A DNA stretch of 64,000 nt from Phycisphaerae bacterium (GCA_050115495.1 JASFQK010000034.1:1-64000), one strand, 5' to 3'. Counted from the stretch's first letter, positions 47,144-56,429 are shown. Numbers and translations are program-made. The notes: generated by a model from the letters alone, not told the origin.

Positions 47144-49433
47144 CCCGCGCAAGCTGAAGCCGAGCGAGGTCGTGCAGTTGCTGAACAGCACGCCGCTGGG
47201 CGAGGTCATGTCCGAGCGGCAGCTCTACCGCCACCGCTCGCGCGCCGGCTTCCGCATCGGCGACGGGCGGACGATCGACCTGCTGCGCTACGCCGCCTGG
47301 CTGGTCCTCGAACGCCACCGGCCGCGGCCCGAGCCGGCGGGGCTGACGGCCTACGAGGCCCACCGCGAGCGGGCGGCCCAACGCGGGCGGGAGATGGCCC
47401 TGCTCGGCCGCGACATCGCCGGCGGCGAGTGGGTGCACCCGCCGCTGAATCTCGAGCGCCGCGCCCGGGCCGAGCGGGACTTCCGCTACTTCTGCGAGGC
47501 GTACTTCCCGCAGACGTTCCACCTGCCGTGGTCGGAGGACCACCTGAAGGTCATCGCCAAGATCGAGCAGGCGGTGCTCGAAGGCGGGCTGTTCGCCCTG
47601 GCGATGCCGCGGGGCAGTGGGAAGACGTCGATCTGCGAGGTCGCCTGCCTCTGGGCCATGGCCTACGGCCACCGGGAGTTCATCGCGCTGATCGGCAGCG
47701 ACGAGGAGCACGCCGCCGGCATGCTCGAGAGCATCAAGGTCGAGGTCGAGACCAACGACCTGCTCGAGGAGGACTTCTCCGAAGTCGTCGGGCCGGTGCG
47801 GGCGCTGGAGGGCATCCACCAGCGGGCGGCGGGTCAGCTCTACGAGGGCAAGCAGACACGTATCGGCTGGACGGCCCGCGAGATCGTCCTGCCGACGATG
47901 CCGGCGCTGCCGTGGCTGGACGGCCCGCCGAAGTCGAACGGGGCGATCATCAAGGTGGCCGGCATCACCGGCCGCATCCGCGGCATGAAGTACAAGCGGG
48001 CCGACGGCTCGTCCGTGCGCCCGTCGCTGGTTTTGATCGACGATCCGCAGACCGACGAATCCGCCCGGTCGCCGATGCAGTGCACGGTACGGGAGCGGAT
48101 CCTGGCCGGCGCGGTGCTCGGTCTGGCCGGGCCCGGGCGGAAGATCGCCGGTCTGATGACGCTGACGGTCGTGCGGCCGGAGGACCTGGCCGATCGCCTG
48201 CTCGACCGCGAGAAGCACCCGCAGTGGCAGGGTGAACGCACGAAGATGGTCTACGCGTTCCCCAGCAACGAGAAGCTGTGGGCCCGCTACGCCGAGCTGT
48301 GGCGCGAAGGAATGCGGGCCGATCAGGGCGCGGCCCAGGCGACGGAGTTCTACCGAACGCACCGGGTGGCGATGGACGCCGGCGCCGTGATCGCCTGGCC
48401 CGAGCGGCACCATCCCGACGAGCTCTCGGCGATCCAGCACGCCATGAACCTCCGTCTCGACCGCGGCGATGCGGCGTTCTGGGCGGAGTATCAGAACGAA
48501 CCGCTGCCCGAGCAGCAGCCCGACGACGAGCTGCTCACCGTCGACCAGATCGTGGCCAAGCTCAACGGCCAGCGGCGCAGCGAGGTGCCGCAGACGGCCA
48601 CGCACCTGACGATGTTCGTGGACGTGCAGGGCAAGGCGCTGTTCTACGTCGTGACGGCTTGGGGGGACGACTTCTCGGGGGCGGTGATCGACTACGGGAC
48701 CGAGCCCGATCAGAAGTCGCCGCACTTCACGCTGCGCAGCATTCGCCGGACGCTGGCGGCGGCCGCGCCACGCGCCGGGTTCGAGGGGGCGATCTACGCC
48801 GGCCTGGAGCGGCTGACGGAGGCCAAGCTCGGCCAGGAGTGGAAGTGCGAGGACGGCTCGGTGCTGCGCATCGGCCGCTGCGTGATCGACGCGAACTGGG
48901 GCCAGGCGACCGACGTCGTGTACCAGTTCTGCCGGCAGAGCCAGTATGCCAGCGTACTGCTGCCGAGTCACGGGAAGTACGTCGGGGCCTCGTCGATTCC
49001 GTTCGGCGAGTACAAGCGGAAGCGCGGCGACCGCGTGGGGCTGAACTGGCGAATACCGGCGGTCGTGGGCCGGCGGGCCGTGCGGCACGTCGTATTCGAC
49101 ACGAACTACTGGAAGAGCTTCGTTCAGGCCCGTTTGGCCGTGCCGATGGGCGACCCGGGTTGCCTGTCGCTCTTCGGTCGCCAGCCGGAGCGGCACCGCC
49201 TGCTCGCCGAGCATCTGACGAGCGAGTACCGCGTGAAGACCGCGGGCCGCGGCCGGACCGTCGACGAGTGGAAGCTCCGCGTCGACGGCCTCGACAACCA
49301 CTGGCTCGATTGTCTGGTCGGCTGCGCCGTGGCGGCGTCGATGGGCGGCGCGGCACCTCCCGGGCTCGTCAGCGGCGTACCCAAGCCGCGCCCGACGGTG
49401 CGGCTGTCCTCCCTTCAGGGGACGCGGCGATGA
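47133..49433 (+). CDS. Terminase large subunit (GpA family) with N-terminal HTH-like extension
   Basis: Walker A AMPRGSGKT, LIDDPQ, EYQNEP, MFVDVQ, IDANWG, DNHWLDCLVG. Confidence 0.9.
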   Translation: MPIDPRKLKPSEVVQLLNSTPLGEVMSERQLYRHRSRAGFRIGDGRTIDLLRYAAWLVLERHRPRPEPAGLTAYEAHRERAAQRGREMALLGRDIAGGEWVHPPLNLERRARAERDFRYFCEAYFPQTFHLPWSEDHLKVIAKIEQAVLEGGLFALAMPRGSGKTSICEVACLWAMAYGHREFIALIGSDEEHAAGMLESIKVEVETNDLLEEDFSEVVGPVRALEGIHQRAAGQLYEGKQTRIGWTAREIVLPTMPALPWLDGPPKSNGAIIKVAGITGRIRGMKYKRADGSSVRPSLVLIDDPQTDESARSPMQCTVRERILAGAVLGLAGPGRKIAGLMTLTVVRPEDLADRLLDREKHPQWQGERTKMVYAFPSNEKLWARYAELWREGMRADQGAAQATEFYRTHRVAMDAGAVIAWPERHHPDELSAIQHAMNLRLDRGDAAFWAEYQNEPLPEQQPDDELLTVDQIVAKLNGQRRSEVPQTATHLTMFVDVQGKALFYVVTAWGDDFSGAVIDYGTEPDQKSPHFTLRSIRRTLAAAAPRAGFEGAIYAGLERLTEAKLGQEWKCEDGSVLRIGRCVIDANWGQATDVVYQFCRQSQYASVLLPSHGKYVGASSIPFGEYKRKRGDRVGLNWRIPAVVGRRAVRHVVFDTNYWKSFVQARLAVPMGDPGCLSLFGRQPERHRLLAEHLTSEYRVKTAGRGRTVDEWKLRVDGLDNHWLDCLVGCAVAASMGGAAPPGLVSGVPKPRPTVRLSSLQGTRR

Positions 49434-49618
49434 ACGAACGGCCAGTGAAGCCAGAGCAGAAATCAGACGATCATCGCGGGCTGGTGTGCCCGAGATGCGG
49501 CTGCGAGCATTTTCGCGTGACATACACGCGGCGGGCTCTCGGTGGAAAGGTCGTTCGCAATCGTGAATGTCGTTGCTGCGGGAAGCGTGTGATCACGCAC
49601 GAGCAAGTTGCGTTCTGA
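49430..49618 (+). CDS. Small Zn-ribbon protein (Ogr/Delta- or NrdR-N-like)
   Basis: CPRCG...V.YTR.....VVRNRECRCCGKRVITHE. Confidence 0.7.
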   Translation: MNERPVKPEQKSDDHRGLVCPRCGCEHFRVTYTRRALGGKVVRNRECRCCGKRVITHEQVAF

Positions 49619-49672
49619 GACCGTGCTCCGCTTCTGACGCAGCGTGCGCCAGCTGTGCTGTCGCCAGTGAGG

Positions 49673-50665
49673 CTAGTTCCCACGCATCCTATTCACTTCG
49701 TTGTCGACATACGCTTCGTGCGCGGCGACGGCGTCACTTACGACATCTTCAATTGGCGTGAACTGGTCATCGATGTTCCTGTACTTCGCAAGCAGGACAC
49801 TCGTTTGGCGTTCATTCTTCAAGGCTCGCGCGGATTGGCACCACTTCCCAAGGGTGGTGTACTTAACGTGCGGTTGATAGGCAGCCAACTCATCTTCCCA
49901 TTCTCTCGTCCGGCGCTGAAACCACTCAGTCGTGCGATCGTCTGCTTCGACTTGTCGTTCCGTGCGATCATTTGCGTAGAATTGAATGTGCCGCAACGTG
50001 TCCTCTACCGGCAATCCATACGGTTCTTTTGCCAGTGAGTCTACTTGGCCAATCGTCTCCCCGATACGGCGACTCAGATTGCCAGCCAGAGCCTGCGCAA
50101 GATCGTTGTGCTCGCAACTCCTTCCTTTTGCCAAGCAAGCCAGAATGCTGTTCGCACCGTCCGGGTATTGGCTGGCGTCAGTGAAGCCATGTCTCGCGAA
50201 GAGCGGTTCGTTGCAGCTCATGTCTACCATGACGTTACCGTGTGATCGCGAACAGACTCTGCAAGCGTACTCGAAGTACTTCCGTGCGACGTGCTCAATG
50301 ACGTCCTCGTGATAGCGGACGTGGTGGTACGACTCATTCCGAAAAGAGTGGATGCGCTTGGCTGCTTCGGCCGCCTCTCGGTCTACGACGCCTGCGTCGG
50401 TCACGGCAAGGAAGCTCACCTTCGAGTCAAAATCGCTCGTGATGCGCTTGCGTGTGCGTGGCGGGTACTTGAAGCCCACAGCACGCCCGACATACGCATC
50501 GACAGCGAATTTGTGCTTGATGATGCGGACAGCGATGCCTTCCATGACGTTGTCGATCAAGATTAGCGCGAGGCGTGCAGCGGTGGGAGTCTTCCGGTCG
50601 AGCAACTCCGCCGCAAGTTCCAGTTGCTCCAAGTCTCGGACGATTGTTGGGAATGACGTGATCAT
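49673..50665 (-). CDS. Low-GC moron, HEPN-like protein
   Basis: RLALILIDNVME helix and Rx4H motif RNESYH; opposite strand to the late genes. Confidence 0.65.
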   Translation of the reverse strand: MITSFPTIVRDLEQLELAAELLDRKTPTAARLALILIDNVMEGIAVRIIKHKFAVDAYVGRAVGFKYPPRTRKRITSDFDSKVSFLAVTDAGVVDREAAEAAKRIHSFRNESYHHVRYHEDVIEHVARKYFEYACRVCSRSHGNVMVDMSCNEPLFARHGFTDASQYPDGANSILACLAKGRSCEHNDLAQALAGNLSRRIGETIGQVDSLAKEPYGLPVEDTLRHIQFYANDRTERQVEADDRTTEWFQRRTREWEDELAAYQPHVKYTTLGKWCQSARALKNERQTSVLLAKYRNIDDQFTPIEDVVSDAVAAHEAYVDNEVNRMRGN

Positions 50666-50861
50666 CGACTCACCATTGCCTCGTAAGCAGACCATCGGAC
50701 GTGCGACGAGCGCCTTCGCACGAAGCTCTCCGGCCGGACAGGCCTCCAGCCAACTGGGACGGGGCTTCCGCTGCCGTAGATAGTGTGTCGGTTGCCCTTG
50801 GGTCGGACAAGGTCCTTTGAAGGGGGAAGGTAGCTCTGGATGGGAGTTTCACTCGCCGCGA

Positions 50862-50875
50862 TTCCATATATGGAA
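50862..50875. promoter_or_regulatory. Perfect 14-bp palindrome, candidate operator upstream of the head operon
   Basis: TTCCATATATGGAA. Confidence 0.5.
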
Positions 50876-50949
50876 CAATCTCATTCGATGTGCCTCTCCG
50901 CAGTTGCATCGCGCGAGACGAAGGCGTAAGTATCGGCTAGACAACCAAG

Positions 50950-51064
50950 CCGGGTGATCCCGGAGGCGAGCGGTCGGCGGCTGATCCCCGCCGGCTCTCA
51001 CGCGAGCAAACAGGCCGTACGGGGCCGTACTCCCCCGTGCGGCCTTTTCGTTTGGCCTCGCCTC
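50950..51064 (+). ncRNA. Candidate structured RNA in the head-operon leader
   Basis: Closing stem GAGGCGAG/CTCGCCTC enclosing hairpins GTCGGCGG-CTGATCC-CCGCCGGC and AGGCCGTACGGGG-loop-CCCCGTGCGGCCT. Confidence 0.5.
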
Positions 51065-51084
51065 GTGGAACGCCCGGCCGGTTT

Positions 51085-51155
51085 GGCGGGATGGTGTAAC
51101 GGCAACATGCCGGCTTCATGCGCCGGAGCCGCGGGTTCGAATCCCGCTCCCGCAA
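51085..51155 (+). tRNA. Prophage tRNA with CAT anticodon (Met/fMet-like, atypical)
   Basis: Acceptor GGCGGGA/TCCCGCA with G1.A72 mismatch, D-arm GTGT-AACGGCA-ACAT, anticodon arm CCGGC-TTCATGC-GCCGG, T-arm GCGGG-TTCGAAT-CCCGC. Confidence 0.8.
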
Positions 51156-51167
51156 GTGGAGGACGCG

Positions 51168-51362
51168 ATGGCTGAGGAGCTCGAAGACGCGATTCGCGAG
51201 GCGGCCCAGCAGCCGGCCGAGGTGACGATCGACGGCCAGACGTTCAAGCAGCAACCGCTGCGCGACCAGATCGAGGCCGATCGTTACCTGGCCAGCAAGC
51301 AGGCCACCCGCAAGGGCCTCGGCGTGCGAATGACGAAGGTCGCGCCTCCGGGAGCAGTGTGA
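51168..51362 (+). CDS. Head completion protein (gpW-like)
   Basis: Small ORF just before the portal; EVTIDGQTFKQQPLRDQIEADRYL. Confidence 0.65.
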   Translation: MAEELEDAIREAAQQPAEVTIDGQTFKQQPLRDQIEADRYLASKQATRKGLGVRMTKVAPPGAV

Positions 51363-51367
51363 CAGGA

Positions 51368-51441
51368 GCCATCAGCCATCAGCCGTCAACCGGAGTGCGG
51401 CGGCAATGGAGCTGACGGCTGAGGGCTGAAGGCTGAGGGCT
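51368..51441. repeat. Inverted heptamer arrays (AGCCATC / GGCTGAN)
   Basis: AGCCATC-AGCCATC-AGCCGTC ... GCTGAC-GGCTGAG-GGCTGAA-GGCTGAG; same unit as the host array at 3252-3297. Confidence 0.7.
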
Positions 51442-51445
51442 TTCC

Positions 51446-52924
51446 GTGCTCAAGTGGCTGCGACAACTCGGCGGCAAGCGGCTGGCCCGGGCGGTGACCC
51501 GCGGTCGGCTGTTCGTTCGCGGGAAGTACGACGCTGCCCAGACCACGCACGAAAACCGCCGCCACTGGGCCAACGCCGATCTGCTGTCGGCCAATGCGGC
51601 GATGTCGGCCGACGTCCGGCGGGTGCTGCGCAGCCGGGCCCGCTACGAGGTCGCCAACAACAGCTACGCCAAGGGCATCGTGCTGACGCTGGCCAACTAC
51701 ATCGTCGGCACCGGCCCGCGGCTGCAGATGCTCACCGAGGACCCCGACGCCAACCGCTTCGTCGAGCGGGAGTTCGCCGGCTGGGCCAAGGCGGCCGGGC
51801 TGGCGCACAAGCTGCGGACGATGCGGATCGGGCAGAGCGAGTCGGGCGAGTGCTTCGGGCTGCTGATCAGCAATCCCCGCATCGCCGCCCCGGTGCAGCT
51901 CGACCTGCGACTGGTCGAATCCGACCAGGTCGCCTCGCCGTGGCCGCTGCCCCGCAGCAGCGCCAACATCGTGGACGGCATCGTCTTCGACGAGTTCGGT
52001 AACCCTGTGGCGTACACGATTCTCCGCCGGCATCCGGGGGACAGCACGGCCTTCCGCATCGCCGACAACGACTTCGACGTCATGCCGGTCGAGTCGGTGA
52101 TTCACCTGTTCCGGGCCGAGCGGCCGGGGCAGAGCCGGGGCATTCCGGAGATCACGCCGGCGCTGCCGCTGTTTGCCATGCTGCGGCGGTACACGCTGGC
52201 CGTCCTCGGTGCGGCCGAGCAGGCCGCGCTGCCCGGCGGCGTGATCTACACGGACGCCGCGGCCGACGCCGAGGTCTCGAACGTCGAGCCGATGGACACG
52301 GTCGAGATGGACCGGGGCACGTGGATGACGATGCCCTTCGGCTGGAAGATCGGCCAGGTCAAGGCCGAGCAGCCGACGACGGTGTACGGCGACTTCAAGC
52401 ACGAGGTGATCAACGAGATCGCCCGCTGCCTGGAGGTCCCGCTCAACATCGCGCTGGGCAACTCCGCGAAGCTCAACTACGCCTCGGGCCGGCTCGATCA
52501 CCAGGCGTTCTTCAAGAAGATCCGCATCGATCAGGCCTATCTCGGCGACGTCGTGCTGGACCGCGTGCTGAGCGCCTGGCTGAGCGAGGCGGTGCTGATC
52601 GAAGGGTACCTGCCGCAATCGCTGCGGACGCGCGATGCGCTGTTCCCGCACCAGTGGTTCTGGGACGGGTTCGAGCACGTCGATCCGGCCAAGGAGGCCA
52701 ACGCCCAGGCCACGCGGCTGGCCAGCCTCACCACGACGCTGGCGGCCGAGTACGCCAAGCAGGGGCTGGACTGGGAGAGCGAATTGCGCCAGCGGGGACG
52801 GGAGCAGGCCCTGCTGCGCGAGCTGGGACTGACCGCCGCCCAGGCGGCACCGGCGGTGACGGACGCCGACGAGGAGGATGAGGACGATGTCACGGAAGAC
52901 GAAGACGCCCGCGCCGCGGCGTGA
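51446..52924 (+). CDS. Portal protein (lambda family)
   Basis: LRSRARYEVANN.YAKG, VGTG, GECF, RPGQSRGIP, NYASGR, HVDPAKEA. Confidence 0.92.
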   Translation: MLKWLRQLGGKRLARAVTRGRLFVRGKYDAAQTTHENRRHWANADLLSANAAMSADVRRVLRSRARYEVANNSYAKGIVLTLANYIVGTGPRLQMLTEDPDANRFVEREFAGWAKAAGLAHKLRTMRIGQSESGECFGLLISNPRIAAPVQLDLRLVESDQVASPWPLPRSSANIVDGIVFDEFGNPVAYTILRRHPGDSTAFRIADNDFDVMPVESVIHLFRAERPGQSRGIPEITPALPLFAMLRRYTLAVLGAAEQAALPGGVIYTDAAADAEVSNVEPMDTVEMDRGTWMTMPFGWKIGQVKAEQPTTVYGDFKHEVINEIARCLEVPLNIALGNSAKLNYASGRLDHQAFFKKIRIDQAYLGDVVLDRVLSAWLSEAVLIEGYLPQSLRTRDALFPHQWFWDGFEHVDPAKEANAQATRLASLTTTLAAEYAKQGLDWESELRQRGREQALLRELGLTAAQAAPAVTDADEEDEDDVTEDEDARAAA

Positions 52925-54914
52925 GGACGCCGAGCAGGTCCCGGACCGGCTGGCCCTGCTGTGTGGTGCCGAGTGCATCACGCTCGAGGCCCTGGCGACC
53001 GAGGGCGACGCTCCGGCCGTCCCGCGTTTCACCATGCTGGCCTATACCGGCAGGCCGATGCGGGTCGAGGGCTGGCGGTTCCCGGTCGTGGTGGACCTGG
53101 AGGGGCTGGTGATCCCGTCACAGCGGCGGTCGGTGCGTTTCGCGCACAGCATGTACGCCGGCGTGGGGCACACCGAGCGGATCGCCGTCGAGGCCGGCCG
53201 GCTGATCGCCGAGGGCATCGTCAGCCGGGACACGGCGGCGGCTCGGGAGGTGGTGACCAGCGGCAAGCGGGGCTTCCCGTGGCAGGCGTCGATCGGGGCC
53301 CAGGTAGCCCAGGCCGAGTTCGTGCGTGGCGGTAAGAGCGTCCTGGTGAACGGGCGGACGTTCGAAGGGCCGCTGTACGTGGCCCGGCGGACCGTACTCG
53401 GGGAAATCAGCTTCGTGGACCTGGGGGCGGACGGCAACACGGCTGCGACCATCGCGGCACAACAGCAGGAGAGCGCACTCATGGACGAGACGAACGACAC
53501 GCCGGTCACGCCGGCCGAAGACACCCAGCCGACGGCGGAGTCCACCCCCGCGGGACAGACGGGCGGGAGTGGCACGGAGGCCAACCCGTCCGTCGACCCG
53601 GTCGCCGAGATCCGGGCCCAGGCCGTGGCCGAGAGCAAGCGCATCGCGGCCGTCCGCCGGATCTGCGGTGGGCGGTTCCCGCAGATCGAGGAACAGGCCA
53701 TCGCCGACGGCTGGACCGAGGAGAAGACCGAGCTCGAGAAGCTGCGGGCCGGCCGGCCGAAGGCTCCGGCCGTCCACGTGGTCGACGAGACGGTGAGCGG
53801 CCGGATCCTCGAGGCGGCCTGCATGATGGCCGGGAAGATCACCCGGGTCGAGCAGCAGTACGACGAGCAGACGCTGGACGCCGCCGCCCGGCGATTCCGC
53901 GGCGGCATCGGGCTGCAGGAGCTCTTCCTCGAGGCCGCCCGGGCCAACGGCTACACCGGCTGGAACTTCCGCGACAGCCGTGAGGTGCTGCGCTGTGCGT
54001 TCGGGCAGGGGCTGCAGGCCGGCTTCTCGAGCATCAACATCGGCGGCATCCTCAGCAACGTGACGAACAAGTTCCTGCTGGAGGGCTTCTTCAGCGTGGA
54101 GCGGACCTGGCGGAACATCTGCGCGGTCCGCAACGTCAGCGACTTCAAGACGGTCACCAGCTACCGGCTGATCGGCAAGGACCAGTACGAGAAGGTCGCC
54201 CCCGGCGGTGAGCTGAAGCACGGCACGCTGGGCGAGCAGAGCTACCAGAACAAGGCCGACACGTACGGTCTGATCCTCGGCGTCGACCGGCAGGACATGA
54301 TCAACGACGACCTGGGGGCGATCACCACGGTGCCGCGCAAGCTGGGCCGCGGGTCGGGCCTGAAGATCAACGACGTCTTCTGGTCGACCTTCATGAACAA
54401 CGGCGCGTTCTTCTGCGTCGGCAACAAGAACTACCTCAGCGGCGCCGACACGGCGCTGTCGATCGGGGGGCTCAGCAAGGCCGAGGTTGCCTTCCTCGAG
54501 CAAACCGATCCCAACGGCAAGCCGCTGGGCTCGATGCCGGTGATCCTGCTCGTGCCGACGGGGCTCTCGGCCACGGGCACGGGGCTCTACAAGTCGCTGG
54601 AGATCCGCGACACGACGGCCAGCACGCGCTATCCGGTGGCCAACCCGCACGTCGGGAAGTTCCGGGTCGAGGTCAGCCGTTACCTGAGCAATTCCCAGTA
54701 CCCCGGCCATTCGAGCAAGGCCTGGCACCTGCTGGCCGATCCGCAGGACCTGGCGGTGATCGAGGTGGCGTTCCTCAACGGTCAGGAGTCGCCGACGATC
54801 GAGACGGCCGACGCGGACTTCAACGTGCTCGGCGTGCAGATGCGCGGCTACCACGACTTCGGTGTGGCTCTGCAGGAGCCGTGCGGCGGCGTGAAGAGCA
54901 AGGGCGAGGTGTAG
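52887..54914 (+). CDS. Prohead protease-scaffold-major capsid fusion (Mu gpT-like capsid domain)
   Basis: AYTG..M, WQASIGA, LGEISFVDLGAD (protease); VSDFK, GELKHG, TYG, INDDLGA, LLVP, FLNGQESP, DFGV (capsid). Confidence 0.88.
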   Translation: MSRKTKTPAPRREDAEQVPDRLALLCGAECITLEALATEGDAPAVPRFTMLAYTGRPMRVEGWRFPVVVDLEGLVIPSQRRSVRFAHSMYAGVGHTERIAVEAGRLIAEGIVSRDTAAAREVVTSGKRGFPWQASIGAQVAQAEFVRGGKSVLVNGRTFEGPLYVARRTVLGEISFVDLGADGNTAATIAAQQQESALMDETNDTPVTPAEDTQPTAESTPAGQTGGSGTEANPSVDPVAEIRAQAVAESKRIAAVRRICGGRFPQIEEQAIADGWTEEKTELEKLRAGRPKAPAVHVVDETVSGRILEAACMMAGKITRVEQQYDEQTLDAAARRFRGGIGLQELFLEAARANGYTGWNFRDSREVLRCAFGQGLQAGFSSINIGGILSNVTNKFLLEGFFSVERTWRNICAVRNVSDFKTVTSYRLIGKDQYEKVAPGGELKHGTLGEQSYQNKADTYGLILGVDRQDMINDDLGAITTVPRKLGRGSGLKINDVFWSTFMNNGAFFCVGNKNYLSGADTALSIGGLSKAEVAFLEQTDPNGKPLGSMPVILLVPTGLSATGTGLYKSLEIRDTTASTRYPVANPHVGKFRVEVSRYLSNSQYPGHSSKAWHLLADPQDLAVIEVAFLNGQESPTIETADADFNVLGVQMRGYHDFGVALQEPCGGVKSKGEV

Positions 54915-54985
54915 GACTGGCGCGGTGAACACGGGCCGCGCCTTGTGCTGCGGCCCGTGCTCGCCTCAGCCTGAGGAGATCCACG

Positions 54986-55801
54986 ATGCAAGCGACGTAT
55001 GAATCCAGCGGGGAGACGATCGACTACACGCCCGGCGCGGACGTGCCGGCCGATTCGATCGTCGTGCAGGGCAAGCTCGTCGGCTACACGCCGCGGCCGC
55101 TGCCGGCCCATCAGCAGGGCGCCCTGCGCGTCCAGGGCGTCATTCGGGCCGCCAAGGACGCCAGCAACATCACCGGCCCCGGGCTGCCGGTCTTCTGGAA
55201 CATCGCCGGCAATCCGGTCGGCGGCGAGGCCGGCTCGGGCTGTATGACCACGACCGCCACGGGCAACGTGTTCGCCGGCTGGTCGCTGGAGGCCGCCGAT
55301 CCGGCCACCGGTACGGTCCTCATGCTCCTGCGTTCGGCGAACGACGCCGACACGATGGGGATCGACGACCTGTCCGACGTCGGGGCTGTGAGCCACACGG
55401 CTGGCATGCTGCTGGTGGCCGACGGTACCGCCTGGCAGAGCGTGTCGCTGTCGGGGCTGCTGGCCCTGGCGGCGTCCGGGGCGCTGCGCATGGCGGTCGC
55501 CGCGGTGGCCGCGACCGGCTCGACGCAGGCCGCCGCCGCCGCTGTGGCCGAGGGCCTCACGCATGCGACCGGCGCCGATGCGACGAAGGGCGTGCAACTG
55601 CCCACGGCCGCCGCCGGGAAGGTGTGCGTCATCAAGAACAGCGAGGTGGCCGACGCCGTGCTCAACGTCTACCCGGCCACCGACGACGCGATCAACGCGT
55701 TGTCGGCGGACGCGGCCTTCGAGATGCCGGCGAAGTCGGCGGCGGTGTTCGTCGCCCTGGACGACACGACCTGGGTCACGGTTCCGCGAACGCCTTCCTG
55801 A
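54986..55801 (+). CDS. Capsid cement/decoration protein (DUF2190-like) with C-terminal extension
   Basis: GETIDYTPGADVPA..IVVQG...GALRVQGV; directly after the capsid gene. Confidence 0.7.
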   Translation: MQATYESSGETIDYTPGADVPADSIVVQGKLVGYTPRPLPAHQQGALRVQGVIRAAKDASNITGPGLPVFWNIAGNPVGGEAGSGCMTTTATGNVFAGWSLEAADPATGTVLMLLRSANDADTMGIDDLSDVGAVSHTAGMLLVADGTAWQSVSLSGLLALAASGALRMAVAAVAATGSTQAAAAAVAEGLTHATGADATKGVQLPTAAAGKVCVIKNSEVADAVLNVYPATDDAINALSADAAFEMPAKSAAVFVALDDTTWVTVPRTPS

Positions 55802-55817
55802 TTCTGAACGGTGACCC

Positions 55818-56204
55818 ATGGCGAACCTGCTCGAACGTGGTGCCGCTTGGCTGAGCCGACAACGCACACAGCATTGTGCGTCGCTCGTGACGTACGAGGA
55901 CCACGGCAGCCGTGTGGACGTGCGGGCGACGGTCGGCCGCACCGCGTTCGAGCAGGTGGATGAATTCGGCGTCGTCCATCGCACCGAGTCGCGGGACTTC
56001 CTGATCGCGGCGGAGGACCTGGTGCTCGATGGCGCCGTGGTGCTCCCCCGGGGCGGCGCTCGTATCCGTGAGCCGGCCGGCGGGCAGACGTTCGTCTACG
56101 AGGTGATGGCGCCCGGCGGCGAGCCGCCCTGGCGCTACAGCGATGCGTTTCGTCGCACGCTGCGGATTCACACGAAACACGTAGCCACGGAGACCGGCGA
56201 ATGA
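55818..56204 (+). CDS. Head-tail joining protein
   Basis: Position; ATVGRT.FE...RDFLI...PRGG.RI...LRIHTK. Confidence 0.6.
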   Translation: MANLLERGAAWLSRQRTQHCASLVTYEDHGSRVDVRATVGRTAFEQVDEFGVVHRTESRDFLIAAEDLVLDGAVVLPRGGARIREPAGGQTFVYEVMAPGGEPPWRYSDAFRRTLRIHTKHVATETGE

Positions 56205-56428
56205 GCGATCGACCGTGCCAGCATGAGCCGGAGTGCCGCCAGGACCTGAAGCAGGTGCGGGAGACGGTGTACGGCAACGGCCACCCCGAGAAGTCGCTGA
56301 TCATGCGCGTCGAGTTCGTCGAGCGACAGCTCAACACCATCCGGCGGATGTCGCTGGCCACGCTCGGTGGGGTCGGCATGCTCGTCGGCAAGCTCATCTT
56401 CGCCTGGCTCGAAACGTTGGTGCACTGA
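56201..56428 (+). CDS. Small membrane protein (YGNG..SL..RV motif)
   Basis: Coiled segment plus one C-terminal TM helix. Confidence 0.55.
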   Translation: MSDRPCQHEPECRQDLKQVRETVYGNGHPEKSLIMRVEFVERQLNTIRRMSLATLGGVGMLVGKLIFAWLETLVH

Positions 56429-56429
56429 C

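Noticed and set aside
47115..49523. Long antisense ORFs (also 17581-19653, 32794-34677, 44373-46142, 53118-54932)
   Set aside because: Shadow frames opposite well-supported genes, expected at high GC.
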